In this document: positions 24,737 through 36,990 of the stretch, piece after piece
Numbering within the stretch: the first letter of the stretch is position 1
Layout: the number at the start of each line of letters is the position of its first letter
Assembly: GCA_012295275.1 (NCBI GenBank)
Contig: CM022672.1
Location: forward strand, 28,706,001-28,770,000
Source: Chrysomallon squamiferum
Lineage: Eukaryota; Animalia; Mollusca
Direction: 5' to 3'
DNA length: 64,000 bases
Notes under the pieces: generated by a model
Told to the model about the DNA's origin: nothing
Databases searched by the model: none
What the model saw: only the letters and a program-made list of their open reading frames with translations
Position numbers and translations under genes: made by a program

Positions 24737-27608
24737 GGGTCATTCCGTGTCAAATCACCCAATGGTTTAAACCCGACCGTCTCAGATTTTTATGAAACTT
24801 GGTAAACTTGTTGACTGGGATCCCACAGCACCAAATCTGAAATTTTAGCCCAATCAGACCAGTGGTGTGGGAGATACTGCCCACCGAATTTTGAGATTTT
24901 TGCCAAAAATGGGTGTGACCACCAACCTTAGAACCCTCATATCTCAGCAACTACTGGGCCAATCTTCATAAAATTGGTATTGTTAGAAAGGCAAAATGAC
25001 AAGGATTCCAAATCTGCCATTTTTGTTTAGTTTGGAAAATACTGGAGTACCTTGACCTTTTGACCTTTGCTATGACCTTGAAATTGACCGTGTGGATCAC
25101 GTGATCTTGAGATGACCTTTAATGAAATTTTATCTCCCACATGTTAACTAAAACATATAAAAGTTTCCTGGGTGTAATATTTTTTGTTTAGCCACAATAT
25201 AGATTTAAAAAATGCACATACATGAAAATAACACCTTTTCAGCCATTAACATCTGATTAACTAAAACCTGAATGATCAATTCTGGATGCTAGGAATCACC
25301 ATCTCTCTTGATCATTGAGTAAGACATTGTAGGCCTACATGTATGCATAAAGTTCAATATAAAAGTTTCCTGGGTATAATATTTTTTGCTTAGCCATAAC
25401 AGAGATTTAAAAAAGGCATACCTGCATGGATGATTGATACAATGCATTAGAATGTACATTTTCTCTGAGACTAAAAACTCATCTTTGGAGTTAAAACCCA
25501 CCTGACATGTCTGAAGGAATGCCTGAAGGATATGAAAAGATGCCAATGGCATGACATGTTCTACACAATCAGGCTCAAAGGGTTAACAGGAAGTGATGCT
25601 TCAGGCAGGTCAGGAACTCCTTTAGATCCCCTGGTGCAATCCCCATCGAGCACATGGCAATTAGAAGTTTAAGACAAAGAAGTTTCTTCATCTGCATTTC
25701 TTTGACAATCTGAAGCTTTTTAAGTTGGACACAATGTCAGATGTTGATAAGTAAGCATTGTTTTCTTCATAAAACCTATTACGTCATTTTATCATGTCAT
25801 GTGGCCTTGCCACTGGCTTTGAACAAGGTTTCAGTCAACAACAGTTCAACCCAGTCTGATATCAAACGTCATCAAGTGAGGTACTGCCTAATGTATTTGT
25901 ACACCCAGTCTTCGGCACAGAGTATGAACAAGGTCTACCTTCACCTTAATAAACTGTGATTTATACTTGAGAAGATTGACATAAATGCCTAAGACTTGTG
26001 AGCCTTTGGCAATAACACATGTACTCTGCTGCCATTTTATGACCTGCTTAACTTTACTGAAAGGGTTTCAGGATTTGATTTAATATTTAGGAAAGCATTG
26101 ACTTTGTTCTATTGAATTGAAGGTGCAGGCCAATACTGAAAATCCTTATTTCTTCCAGGGCTAACTGCAGTTTTAACTCTCCTGAAAATGTGTGTTATCA
26201 ACACCATTATATAAAAAAGGAGTTGTTGCGAAGTGTATGGAAAACTGAGGAAGTCGAACTCCTCACTCTTTGAAGTGGGATCAAAACAAGGGACATCAAG
26301 AGTATCTGTTCACATCATGAACAAGAACTTTTAATCAAATTTTCAACATTGCAGAAAAACTGTTGTGATCCCCTTAATTGCCACCCTGAGCAAGCACGCA
26401 CTAGATCTTTAAGAATTGTTAGCATGGGCACTTACAAATGCTTAGTAAATCCTCCAAAGACACAAGTGCCAGGAGACAAGTTGTGCTGTGACTGTCTGAT
26501 TACCCTTCAGAAATCAAATGTCCTGCAGAGGATGGCTTTAGTATAGGTGGTATTACAATGGGAGAATTTGGTGATAACTTGCCAGACAAACCGCTGGTTG
26601 TTGTTTCCCCAGAAAAGGACTTTGATTTGAATTCTATTCTGTCGAGTTTAGGCGAAACTCCTGTCAAACTCCATTCACTAGCACGTTCCAGTAAATGAAT
26701 GAAAGGACAGAAAAAAAACTAGCATCAGCTACAGTAACATTAAAATGACATCTTAATGTCTGAATCCTGCCCAGAGGGTGTGCGAATCTTAATTTTGTCA
26801 CCCGTTACCATTGAATGGACAATGAATTGAAGGAGGACATAATCCAATTTTATGAAAGTGATGAGAACAGTAGAATGTTCCTGGGAATGAAGGATACAGT
26901 GAGCATTTGAAACAAACATGGTGAGAAGGTTAAGCATCAGAAACACCTAGTTCTCTCAAATTTATGTGAACTTTATGTATACATGTAGGCCTACAATGTC
27001 TTACTCGATGATCAAGAAAGATGGTGATTCCTAGCATCCAGAATTGATCATTCAGGTTTTAGTTAATCAGATGTTAATGGCTGAAAAGGTGTTATTTTCA
27101 TGTATGTGCATTTTTTAAATCTATATTGTGGCTAAACAAAAAATATTACACCCAGGAAACTTTTATATGTTTTAGTTAACATGTGGGAGATTAAATTTCT
27201 TTAAAGGTCATCTCAAGATCACGTGATCCACACGGTCAATTTCAAGGTCATAGCAAAGGTCAAAAGGTCAAGGTACTCCAATATTTGGAGATTTGGAATC
27301 CTTGTCATTTTGCCTTTCTAACAATACCAATTTTATGAAGATTGGTCCAGTAGTTGCTGAGATATGAGGGTTCTAAGGTTGGTGGTCACACCCATTTTTG
27401 GCAAAAATCTCAAAATTCGGTGGGCCATATCTCCCACACCACTGGTCTGATTGGGCTAACATTTCAGATTTGGTGCTGTGGGATCCCAGTCAACAAGTAT
27501 ACCAAGTTTTATAAAAATCTGAGACGGTCGGGTTTAAACCATTGGGTGATTTGACACGGAATGACCTTCTTACATTTTTTTTTGGGGTGATTTGACACGG
27601 AATGACCC
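24737..27608 (+). mobile_element. Sola2-like non-autonomous DNA transposon, copy 1 (in the gene A intron after the last constant exon)
   Basis: GGGTCATTCC...GGAATGACCC termini, about 620-bp TIRs, 4-bp TSD AAGA; disrupted transposase N-terminus (CCDPLNxH...PGDKLCCDC; FYESDENSRMFLGMKDTV...KHQKHLVLSNLCELY). Confidence 0.85.
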
Positions 27609-27703
27609 AAGAATAAATAATTTTAAATTTTAAAATAATTGCATTTTTATGTGTTGCTTGAATTACAATATCTCATAAAATGAGAAAATAATGGGACACT
27701 TAC

Positions 27704-27759
27704 TGTTGGCCCATGTCCCACGATGCACCTCCTGGTGAGTCAGATGTGTTTACAGAGTC
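27704..27759 (-). CDS. Gene A last constant exon (DSVNTSDSPGGASWDMGQ + CA), phase-2 donor to the variable array
   Basis: atttcag acceptor, CA|GTAAGT donor, 56 nt; matches the gene B exon 50087-50139 (DSxNxSD..G.SW). Confidence 0.85.
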
Positions 27760-27990
27760 CTGAAATAATCAAGTTTTTTAAGTATAATAATTCAACGGTG
27801 AAAAATAAGCTATTTAAAAAATATATTTTTTAAGTTATTTTATGAAAGTTACTTTATTATTGAAACAGATTATAGAAAAAGTTAACTTAATATTACTGAT
27901 TTGCATGTAATATTATTATTACAGGTATTGCTAGCAAGCTCTTCAATGTAAATTTAAATAAATAAAACATTTAAAATTCTAATTCATTAC

Positions 27991-28352
27991 CCCATAAGTG
28001 CTCTGTGTCATGGACTGATCCCCAGAATAAGCTGCTGAAGTCTGATCACTGTTGTAAGCAGTGTCACCAGGAAATGTTTTTACCTCTGTGTCAGAGGGAT
28101 TGTCTATCACCATATAAGGAATGTCTTCTTTTTCCAATTTTACTTCTACAGGTATTGGCAATCTAATACTTTCATCTAATGATGCAGATTTGGCAGTTAT
28201 TGCTGTTGAGGTACTAGAAGCTGTATTTGATGTTGATGTTGCTGATGATATTCCTGGATAATTATTTTTCATTGAGTCTATGTCTGCCTGTGATACTTCA
28301 GCTATTTCACGAGCAGCATCAAATAAGGACTGTAAGCTTTCATCAACTTTAT
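27991..28352 (-). CDS. Gene A constant coding exon 2 (DKVDESLQSLFDAARE...PVEVKLEKEDIPYMVIDNP...STYG)
   Basis: ctttcag acceptor phase 1, gtaatg donor phase 0, 362 nt, in frame with ORF 27979..28272; similar to gene B exon 49527-49900. Confidence 0.85.
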
Positions 28353-28592
28353 CTGAAAGTGTATATATTTACATAAACTATAAATAAATGTAATGAAAAA
28401 GTAACAAATAAAACAAGAGTAATATTCTTAAAGCATAATTTATATTTGTCATATCTGTCATATTCAGCTTCTCTGAAGTTTATATCTTGCTGATGACATT
28501 TTAATTTGTGAAGTAATAAATAAAGCATTATTCAACAATGCAAATAAACAAAACAGAAGTGTTACTTATTAGTTATGACTTCTTGCACCTAC

Positions 28593-29328
28593 CTTTTTTA
28601 ATAGTTGTTACATGAGAACTATCTAGATTCTGATATGGTCGTTTCTGACCTATGTTTGCTGGTGATCGAGGTGTCATAGAGGAAGGTGAGCCAACTGTTG
28701 CATGAGGACTGCTAGATTCAGACGATGCATTCCAAGAATCTTTAATTTCTGCTTCCAGTGGACGAGGCATAATCTGTAATGGCTGCCCTTCCTCATGTTG
28801 ATGCTGTCTACTTGATGTTGATGAGTCTAGTGGATCATTAGCCAGTGAAGAAGTTTCTCTCAACTGACTAGAAGAGGCATGTGTTCTTTGGCTTGAATGA
28901 AAATTATGTCTTTGATTATGAGTAGAAATTTGCTTCCTTGGAGTAGTATGACTTGGATAGTTTGAATGATGCAAAACAGTTTCTGGGCTTTCTCGTAAAA
29001 CAATGGTTACTTCTTCAGAATGGGATCGACCTGTTCTTGACTCATGGTCTCTAGGAGCAGTGTTTTCATTGCCATGTGAACTGGTATATTTAGGCATTTC
29101 CTTTCTGAGTGTTTTAAATGCTTTTGTGCAGTAGCTTTCACTTATTACACTGCCGTTACTCTGCAACATTTCACTAAGAACGTATCTTTCTTTCTTAAAG
29201 TTGTCTATTTCAACAGCCAGATAACCACTCAACTCAACACCCTGATCAAAATCCAGGTACTCTCGACAGAGTTTTTGCATTGCTTCAACAAATGAAGTGA
29301 AGAATTTCACAGAATACTGTTTATCCAT
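28593..29328 (-). CDS. Gene A constant coding exon 1: conserved N-terminal domain MDKQYSVKFFTSFVEAMQKLCREYLDF... plus Ser-rich linker
   Basis: ORF 28573..29364; true ATG at 29328 by identity with the paralogue; acceptor cttcag gives exon start 29370; donor G|gtaggt. Confidence 0.9.
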
Positions 29329-29499
29329 TATGCTAAGGGAGCCTTTTTTTTTTTTTTTGGTCAATGAAACCTGAAGTTTAAAAAAACATATATATATTTT
29401 ATTTTAAATACTGTACAAATGTCAAAACTTCTTTTTTCTTTACTAGACATACTAAATAATTTTGTAATAACTAGTTGGAAGTACTTAGGTTAGGTTATA

Positions 29500-30130
29500 C
29501 TTACAGTAAGTTAGTAACCCCATCTCCAAATATGCTCACAGTAAAATAACCAAAGAGACAGCTTTAAGCTTATCGGCAGAAATGTATAAATAATGACAAG
29601 TGCGCATGTTCTATAGAAACTCGTAGGCAAATAGCTGCAGAAATGTAAAACCGATTCACCGCAAAATATCCACCGCCATTATTTTTAATTATATACATAT
29701 GTTTGGTGACTGGTTAAAATAAATAAATGTAAAAAAAAAAAAAAAATGTATCAGTGCTTTTACATTAAGATTTAGAATTAAAGCATATTTTTATCAAATA
29801 TTGAAATAACATAAAATGTCATAAACCAATACCTTGAAAACGGCAATAACGCCAATAGTGAATTGTAATCACAGTAATGTGTATAAAAAATAAAAATTAA
29901 ATGATTTGTACTCTGCAGGAAAATAAAAATCGTCTTTATTTCCGAACATATCATCCTTTTACTATCTGTATTTATTTCTTTATTTCAAATGCAGTGGAAT
30001 TTTACTTTAAGACTTTAGTAAAAAATACAGGATTACATCATAATGCCAAATGCAAGTCTAGCTGTGGTAGCTTCGTTATTGTCCGCCATTAACATGATTG
30101 ATTTGAAATGCGTTGTTCAAAGACGGTACT
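29500..30130 (-). promoter_or_regulatory. Probable promoter / non-coding first exon(s) of gene A
   Basis: Locally CpG-richer; two YY1-like TAATGGCGG motifs on the minus strand (29673-29681, 30083-30091); candidate donors gcg|gtgaat (~29659) and gtaagt (29504). Confidence 0.4.
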
Positions 30131-33100
30131 TTATGATAATGAACTTGTAATAATTAAACAATGATCACGAATTTTACAACATTTTTGATATACGTACCAA
30201 ATCGAAATTGTCTCTTTAAAGGTTAACAAAAAAACATTTGAGAAATGATAATATTTCACACAAATCTATAACCTTCCTTTTTTTCCTTCCTCACTAAATC
30301 CGATTCTCCCACAATTACTTCCCTTGGTGGTAAGCCTTAAATTATAGACTTTACAAACCTTTTTTGTCTATTTGGATAATCATAATTTTAAGGATGTTTA
30401 TCAAATGAAATCGACGGTGAATGAATTATTTATTTTATGAAATGCACTGTTAACTAAAATGATATAAAATAAATGTATACATGGCCGTAACTAGACTTTT
30501 TGAAATAAGACAAAAATATTTAGTCGCCGATAGTTTTGATGTCTGATGTCTTTTATCGAAACGATGTCAGTAGACTTCAAACTGTAGAAATAAATGAATT
30601 CATCCAGTGGATATCGTATCTATCGGAATAGAGATTGATATTTAACATTTTTAAAATAAAATCTTTGTATTAAAAAAAAAAAAATTGTCAGTTTCGGTAT
30701 GATTCATTCATATATTTTTTCTGTCTGCTTTAGTTATGATGAAGAACATACTGTGTTTGCAGTGTGCATAAATATATAAATCTATATAATTAAATTAAGC
30801 CATTGCAGTTTATTTATATAAATAAGCAAAAAGTTTACTATAATATATATTTAAGACACACACACACACATTTTTAAAAAGAACAACATATATTTTTTTA
30901 AATAAGTTATATGCTTAGAATGTAGTCTAGTTCAGCTTTCATGGCATCCTATAAGAGAGTTACAATGCAGATTGGCGAGCTATCCGACACCCGCTATAAG
31001 TCAGTAGACTTGCACAAACGTATTTTTTATTTATTTGTAGGCCTACATAGAGAAAGATATAAAGCTTTCAAAAGCAGCTGAACAAAGCTTTTGTTATATT
31101 ACAAGAAAGGTTAATCATAAATAACTATATGCATAATGTTATTATCTTTTCTTCAGTTTTCAATTCTTTTTTATTTATTTCTTTAATTACTGACTTACTT
31201 ACTTGTTTAATTTATTCGAGTTTTTATTTTTTCATTATTTATAAAAAAAAAAAAATTTATTTGTTTTAGTTTTTTTTATTATTTTTTATTATATATAAGT
31301 GAATGTATTTTTAACTTTTTTGTGTATAGACAGGATGTACTGTTTTTAAAAGCACACACAAGATAAAAGTTATGCCCATACTGACTTATCTAATTTATAA
31401 AAGAAAGTGTTTATGGCAGAAATTTACACAAATAACATATTTACAACCAGTGTATTACATACAGCTGTTTTACAGGTAGTGTATCACCTCCATTAAAATT
31501 TCCAGAATTAAAAACCTTTTTAATGACTTACAAAATACATTTTTCCACTGCTTCACTTTTGAATTTTTCCTTTTGTTGTTCTATATTTTAACAAAACTTT
31601 TAGCTTGAATGGGAATATTGGATGTTTTAACACAGTTAAGATGTGATCAGTTAGTTTATTTAAGTTATACATAATATCTTTATTTGTTATTTTCTAAAAA
31701 AAATTGTATGAATCTTCAGACATATTCTGTACATGAATATGTACATGAAAGGCTATACAAAATATAACAAATGCAAAAACTTACAACTTGCTACCACGGG
31801 TTGAAAAATCAATATGGACGCAAGCAGCTTCAAAGCCTCACCTACTTATGTTATTATTATTTTATTTATTAGATTATAAGGAAAATGTTTCTTACAATGT
31901 TTAGATGATATAACCAGTAATTTAGTTCAGCCTGAAATAAATGTTTTTATATATAGGGACATAAAATTACTGAATATTTATTTATTTTATTTTTTATTTT
32001 ATTTTTTTAATTTAAAAAAATATATATTTTATCCACACTTTATATAAACAATCAAAATCAATAAAAATGCAATACATAAGAATTATGGTTAAGGCAGTTT
32101 ATTAGAAACAATAATGACTTTATAAAAATATTTCTCCATTATGAAAAGCATACAGCCAAAATATATTTATGAATGTTTTAAAGATACAAAATATAAAATT
32201 AAGAAAACAAGAATTGACATCATCACAAAACAAAAATTTCAATGAAAAAATATCAGTAACAATATAAAATTCTCTCATAGCTATAAATGATAGTAATAAC
32301 ATCATGAATAAAACAAACTTTTATTCTAATTCGATTAATAAATAGTAGAAATGTTTTCTAATATCTATATATGTTTTATTTTTATTTTTTATTTTTTACT
32401 GCAGTTTACAATTATTTATTATTTAAATAGATGTTGCCCAATTCCACAGTGCAAATTACTGTTATTGTAAAACAATTAATAATATTAAAAATCCAAAATG
32501 TGAAACAAATATTTAACCAATGAACAAACAAACTAAAATAAATAATAACAGAATTGAATACAATAATAAATATAAACAAAGAAAGAATGAAAGAAAGAAA
32601 ATGAAGAAAAAAGTCTACTGTAAACAAAATTAATTATAAAAAAATAGAAATAAAAAAAACTGGTGCCTTTTTAAATCAATTTGCTCCTTTTCTGGCTGTT
32701 TGGTTATATATCTACAACTCTAAATAAAAAACTTCAACAAATTCCAGTTAAAACAATGTCTGAAACACTATCTCCAAAAAAAAAAAATTAAAAGAAATAA
32801 TATAAATAAATAAATAAAATAAAATAACAGTAATAATAATAATAACAACAACAACAACAACAAAAATAAATAAATAAAATATAAAAACAAATAATGATGA
32901 AAAAAGAAAGAAAAAATAAAATTACTTTTTCCTCTCTTTGTGTCCTTAAGACTACTTGGATTAAAACAATAAATAAATAAATAATAAGAAAAAAGATGAA
33001 AGAAAGAGAATTAAATGAATTTAAAAAAGAAGAAACAAACAAACAAAAAACATTTCAAAATGAAAATGCATTAAAAAGAAATAAATAAATAAATAACTGG

Positions 33101-33934
33101 GGTAACAATGTTTTCTGTTCTTTTTTTTTGGGTTTTTTTTTTTTTTATTATTATTTTTTTAATCTTCTTTCTAAAAGATATACAAAACACTTCAAAATGA
33201 TAGTGCATTAAAAATAAATAAATAAATAACGAGATAACAATGTTTTTTGTTCATTTTTTTCTTGTTTTTTTTTTTAAATTTTAATTAAATTTTTTTCTTC
33301 TTCTTTTTTCTAAAAGCTATACATGTGTTTCATCCAACTTTCATTGTAAGACAAAAACAACCTTATACTATATCCAGTTATCTTTAAAAAAATATATTTA
33401 TTGCAACAATTAACAAAAACAACAACAATTTGTTTTTAGGTAAATATTATATGTTACTTATTTAACAAAATGTGAATTACTGTCATTGTTATGGACATAA
33501 CATTCAGCATGACCTGATTATAAACAAAAAACAAACATCACTCAGCAAATGGAACCATATCTTTAGATTAATTAGACTCATCAGTGGATTTTAAAAAAAT
33601 AAAATAGAATAAATAAAGTAAAATAATATGATAATAATTGTTGCTGTTGTTGCTGTTATTAACATTTTATTTCTTCTGCTTTTTACAACAGAAGCCATGT
33701 ATGAAGACTATCTTGATATTAGATATGCTTCCAAAAATATTAAAAACTGTTTTATATGCAGCAATGATTACAACAAATTATTATTATTAATTTTTTTTGT
33801 TACTGATGTGTGTGGGGGGTTTTGGCAATATAAAAATCATAAAATGTTTTCATGATGATTTGTTCCATCAGATTTTATAATTATACAATTTTAACATAAA
33901 GTGTTTCTTTTTTTCAATTCCTATGTTTCAGTAC

Positions 33935-35305
33935 CTTCAAAAATTTATCATTTATTTTCTGTTTCCTTCAGTTTTCTTTTCTTTCACTTTAAACTTCATT
34001 TCAAAAATATTCTGCTTCAGTCATGACTGGTTCATTAGAAATTACTTCAATAATTTCCCAGTCTTCAACAGCATTCTTTCCTTTTTCTTTTCAAAATATT
34101 TAGTGTTTATTGTTTGTCCGAGGATTCAACATTTTCTTCAGTACTCTTTTCTCTCTGACTTGTAGCATATAATTCATCACATTTTGGTGTTTCATCTGCA
34201 TCAGAATGTTCATGTGTATGTGGTATTTTATTAAATTCAACATTTGGAAAAAGTTCCAAAAACTGTTCATCAGTTGTAGTTGCTGTACTCTCTGGCCATG
34301 CTGTATTAAGATCTGTTTCTATTTTTCTTTCAAAATCAAAAGATGGAGATTTGTTTGGTTGGTTGAATCCTACAGACTTATTCTGTGGAAATATTAAAAC
34401 AAAATAAAATAAAAATAAAAAAAGAAATTTCAAAATTTAAGAAATAGTCTATAATTTAAAAATATATAAAAAAAAAAAATGTTAAACTACATCATTAAAA
34501 TATGAATTTTTGCACGAGCTACAATAATGGAATTATACTTACAAATATATAAACTTCAAGTTCCCAATTTTTTTCTTCCAGATACCGTATTTTTTCTAAA
34601 AGACATTACACATTTTAAGCAATTACAGCAAATGCTTTAATTATTTAATTTAATGAAATTAAAACTGTTCTGATTTTAACAGGAAAGCAAAAGAAAATAC
34701 CTTGGGTATTCACATTTCATTTATAATCAACCTTTTTTATCATTATTCTGTACATAGAATTCCATTTTATCTAACAGTATTAGTATTATAAGAATCTTTT
34801 TATTTTTTTTATTTTTAAAAAAAAATATAAGATGAAATAAAATAATGTAAAATAAAAAAATAAATACACAAATATAAATTTTACTCTTTTTTATTTATTT
34901 ATTTTTGATTTATTTATTTTACTTTAGAGAATTTTAAAAAGGAAATGAGAACCTTAAAATTAGAAATTAAAATATGTAATTCTACATATACATATCAGAA
35001 TAAGAAATCTACCTCATTATTTTAAATTTAAAAATTTATTTATTTTTATTAATTATTTTAATTAGTATCACTGATATTTGTTATTTAATGGTATAATGTG
35101 CAAGCAAACCTTTCAAAGTTTTATTTTCAACAGCGTATTTCAACAACTGTGACTTGTCTTTACTTGACGAAGACCAGATGGACCATTCCAGATTTGAATA
35201 CTCTCGTGTTTTCTTCTCTAATTCCATCTTTGTTTGCTGGTAGAGACAGTGAGTTCTTTCAAGGGCATCTATCGTGACCAGTGTGTAATGGAAAGAGCCA
35301 CAATT
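33935..35305 (-). pseudogene. Spliced coiled-coil gene fragment of unknown family (exons 35110-35305, 34543-34595 and from 34382 down); probably decaying
   Basis: Three GT-AG exons join in frame: ...QQTKMELEKKTREYSNLEW...YAVENKTLK|EKIRYLEEKNWELEVYIF|NKSVGFNQ...; stop at 34107 followed by frameshifted coding-like sequence; further candidate exon near 36029-36064. Confidence 0.55.
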
Positions 35306-36163
35306 CTAAGTGATGTTAAAAGCAGGCATATTTGAACAGTCAGTTACAAAAGGGGACATTGATTAAGTAAGTGTATTAAAAATAAAATATGTTACAAAAT
35401 TAACATGGGAAGAGGCATATATATGCAAAGTTTATGATAATGGATCACATAATAATAACCTATTATCATTTTTTTTTTTTTTTAAGTTTCATGTACTAAC
35501 ATACATACTGTTCCTGTACCTTCCTACATAGTCTCCACTACCTGACATAAAGGCAATAAAATTAAACATCAAATTTACCTTTTAATTACTGCATATTTTA
35601 ACTACAGCTGTATTGTGCACAACGACAGTATATAAATACTATACTGCCTTTTTGCAGAAATGAACATTTATGAACTGTTAATGTTATGTGTTTGTTAGAT
35701 GAACAAATGTTTATTTACAATGTATTGTTACACAGTGTATGTTAAACAAGGTATGTTTTTTCTGTGAGAAATACATTTCATAACACTGATTACCAAACAG
35801 TAAATATGAACAGCAACAGCCATAAAACAGTTAAAAAGATGTTTCGATAAAGGAGTGTACGCAAGCATTTGTGAATGCACCTGCATATTAATAGAAGTTG
35901 CATAATCAGCTTATGATACTATCTCTGAAAACTATTTGGTAGCTAGTAGGTAAAATAATAAATGGGAATATAAATTTAAAAAAAAAAAAGCAAGCCAGAA
36001 GCAGATCTAAAAAACAGATATTACATACCTTTTAATGTCGATACTTGTTCCACTAGAGAACGTTCTTGAAAAAAAAGTATATTAAAATAAAGAATATGTG
36101 TGAGTTAGTCTTACATATAACGAATTTTATAGTTTGCTGTTAATCTGCTCATAATGATGTATA

Positions 36164-36990
36164 GGGTCATTCCATGTCAAATCACCCCCCCCCCAAACAA
36201 TTTTTTAACCCGACCGTCTCAGATATTTGTTGACTGGGATCCCACAGCACCAAATCTGAAATATTAGCCCAATCGGATCAGTGGTGTGGGAGATATGGCC
36301 CACCGAATTTTGAGATTTTTGGCAAAAATGGGCGTGACCACCAACCTTAGAACCCTCATATCTCAGGAACTACTGGGCCAATCTTCATAAAATATTGAAG
36401 TACATTGACCTTTTGACCTTTGCTATGACCTTGAAATTGACCGTGTGGATCACATTCCTAGCATTCAGGTTTTAATTAATCAGATGTCAATGGCTGAAAA
36501 GGTGTTATTTTCATGTATGTGCATTTTTTAAATCTATATTGTGGCTAAACAAAAAATATTACACCCAGGAATCTTTTATATGTTTTAGTTAACATGTGGG
36601 AGATTAAATTTCAATAATGGTCATCTCAAGGTCACGTGATCCACACGGTCAATTTCAAGGTCATAGCAAAGGTCAAAAGGTCAATGTACTCCAATATTTT
36701 CCAAACTAAACAAAAATGGCAGATTTGGAGTCCTTGTCATTTTGCCTTTCTAACAATACCAATTTTATGAAGATTGGCCCAGTAGTTCCAGAGATATGAG
36801 GGTTCTAAGGTAGGTGGTCACGCCCATTTTTGGCAAAATTCTCAAAATTCGGTGGGCCATATCTCCCACACCACTGATCCGATTGGGCTAATATTTCAGA
36901 TTTGGTGCTGTGGGATCCCAGTCAACAAGTATACCAAGTTTTATAAAAAAAAATCTGAGACGGTCGGGTGATTTTGACACGGAATGACCC
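36164..36990. mobile_element. MITE (TIR-only derivative) of the same Sola2-like family
   Basis: Same GGGTCATTCC termini, made only of TIR sequence, 4-bp TSD TATA. Confidence 0.88.

Noticed and set aside
24750-27554. Mirror-image ORFs MLRYEGSKVGGHTHFWQK... on opposite strands
   Set aside because: They are the two arms of the transposon TIR, not genes.
32120-33855. Hydrophobic ORFs rich in F/I/L/Y (similar ones at 37780-40832, 51222, 54380-54699, 56976 and 62535)
   Set aside because: Translations of AT-rich low-complexity sequence and microsatellites.
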